Shown: in pieces, positions 62,041-64,000 of the stretch | How positions within the stretch are numbered: the stretch's first letter is position 1 | Layout: the number at the start of each line of letters is the position of its first letter | Assembly (NCBI RefSeq): GCF_009914755.1 | Contig: NC_060943.1 | Source: the human T2T-CHM13v2.0 reference genome, Homo sapiens | Reading direction: 5' to 3' (one strand) | DNA: 64,000 bases | Made by a program: the position numbers and the translations under genes | The notes under the pieces: generated by a model | Told to the model about the DNA's origin: nothing | Seen by the model: only the letters and a program-made list of their open reading frames with translations | Database searches by the model: none

Positions 62041-62830
62041 TGAGTCAGTGCAGAGATTACAACAGTGACAGCAAACTAGCATGGCTGACTCCATCTGGCA
62101 TCTAGTCTCAGGCTGGCTGTCCTCACTCATTCCTGGGCATAGGCCAGGTTAACCTTGGGAGGAATTTAGTTTATGGTTTAAACTTGAAGCAAGAATGATA
62201 ATAGTTCCTCCATAAAACTAACACCCTTACTTTGTCCAGGGACTGCCTTTGTAAAACTAGTGAAAGACCATGAGATTAAGATTATAGGAGGGAACTGAAT
62301 TTTGCTAAAATGTAGGCACAGTTTCTATAATCCCTGACTGCTCCAGTGTCATTGGGACAGGGTTTACAAAATTTGTAACTAATTGCTCCTATAGATAACA
62401 TCACTATTGTAGAACGTGAGATTGGTCTTTTGAGATGTTTCTCATTCTTTTGCATTCTGGCAACCGGCTGACCTCATCCATACCTATGACTAATGGCTCA
62501 GCCAGTCATGTGGTCCCTACCTAGAGGCAGATTCAAGCACAAACAGATCATGTCCCCCTGCCCCCATGATTCCATCACCAAACAATCAGCAGTACTAATT
62601 TTTTAGTCCTGTGGCCCTGAAACTATCCTTGAAAATCTCTAAGCCCTGATCCACTGGGGAGGCTGATTTGAGTAATAATAAACCTCTGTCCTCCTGTTTG
62701 GCAGACTTGGAGTCATTAAAATCTTTCTTTACTGCAAACCGCCATTTCAATTATTTTATTTTATTTATTTATTTGTTTTTTTTTTTTTTTGTGCAGGAGG
62801 CCAGAGGAACTTGTCTGGCAATTATGAGAG
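62041..62830 (+). mobile_element. LTR8/LTR8B-like solo LTR in the PSG1 N-A1 intron
   Basis: Paralogue of 38084-38868. Confidence 0.75.
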
Positions 62831-64000
62831 TGGATGGAGGAACTGCCTATCCCTGTCCCATGGTCTTGTCCACAGGTCAGCCTCACAAAGGGAAAGAGCC
62901 CTGGATGGGAATACAGTGGAAGGTCATTCTCTTAGTGACCTGGGGACATTGGCTCGAGAGGAAGCCTGGCAGGAGTGGCAACTCCAGATGATTTCTGTGC
63001 CTTTCCTCTTTCCTGGGAGGTGGGCCAGGCCACAGTGTTAGTGGGAAGGGAACTGAACAGCCAGAGTGGTTAGAGGGAGTGTCTAGGGAAGGCCTAGAGG
63101 TGGAGGAAGAAGCTGTGCAGGACAGGGCTTGCCAGTCAGAATGAAGTGGGAGGAAGATGAGGGACACAGAGAAGCAGAGAGAGGCAGATACACCATGGCA
63201 GTGAGCAGTGAGGGAGACACTGTCTTCAGAAACTCCAGGGACCAGGTGCCCCCAGTTCCATAGTCCAGGACCAAGGAGCCCTCGAGAACCCTCCGGTGGC
63301 TTAAGAGCTTCAGAATTACATGAGGTGGGGTGGCTTTAGGGGCAAGAGGTAGTGGGGGGATGAAACATGGATGTCAGCCTCTGAAGGACAAGGGACAGGT
63401 GTGGCTAGAACCTCCTAGGATTCTGCATCCAAGATCCAATCTCTAAAGAGGTTTTGGATCATTCATTTCTTCATTCCATTCCTTCATTTGTCATGTGAGA
63501 GCTCCTGAGTGTGTGTCTCTCTCGCTGGGCCTGTGGTGGTGTAGAGTGTGAGTGGGGAAAGAAAACAAGGTCCTCTCCTTGATCCTCTCATGACAGTGAC
63601 AAGGACACTTTGGGAAACACAGGATTTCAGGTTCAGTGATGGTGGTTAAGATCTGAGGAGGAGGCCTGGACATTTTTTTGCACTGACTCTGATGGTTGAA
63701 GCAGGTGATTTAGTTCTGGAGTGCAGACTAATCAGCTGACCATTTGCTCTCACTCCTCTGAGGTTTGGATGCCTAAGAAGAGAAGATTTGAGCCAACAAA
63801 TGACTATGGGGTGCTTGGAACCCAGTAAGCCCTCACTTCTGGTGGAGTAGAGGATGGGCCTGTGGCTACAGACAGACCTCATGTGACCCTGATCTCCCCT
63901 TTGTGTTTGTGTGACTCTTGCTCAGTCACTGTGCCTTCCTGTGCCTCAGTTTTCTCTCAATCAAATAAGCTAAATGGCAAATGGACTGTGGCTTTTCATG

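Overview
Human, repeat-rich genomic DNA. From recalled protein sequences I recognise it as part of the pregnancy-specific glycoprotein (PSG/CEACAM) cluster on 19q13.2. It holds two tandem minus-strand PSG paralogues. (1) A complete PSG pseudogene at ~23.9-42.7 kb, most likely PSG10P, with exons L-N-A1-B1-A2-B2-C-3'UTR and three in-frame nonsense codons (N, A2, B2). (2) The 3' two-thirds of PSG1 at ~53.4-64 kb (A1, dead B1, A2, B2 and four alternative C-termini); its L and N exons lie beyond the window. The remainder is intergenic or intronic and full of Alu, L1, MIR, MaLR and ERV sequence. I see no new prokaryote-style system and no new protein-coding gene. The most interesting structure is at the 3' end of the pseudogene: a serial array of phase-matched alternative C-terminal cassettes (intron read-through, Alu-derived, PSG9-like, transmembrane-exon-derived, ERV-derived) covering the PSG tail types I recall, most of which PSG1 lacks beyond a sharp breakpoint. 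Also notable: the pseudogene keeps a fully intact B1 exon, an L1 carries an open 152-codon antisense ORF0 pointing at the PSG1 3' end, and a 1.1-kb collapsed HERV-K-type provirus sits inside an Alu. Exon boundaries, stops and target-site duplications (TSDs) were read directly from the sequence. Gene names, paralogue tail sequences and repeat subfamily names come from memory and need BLAT/RepeatMasker confirmation. Percent identities are by-eye estimates.
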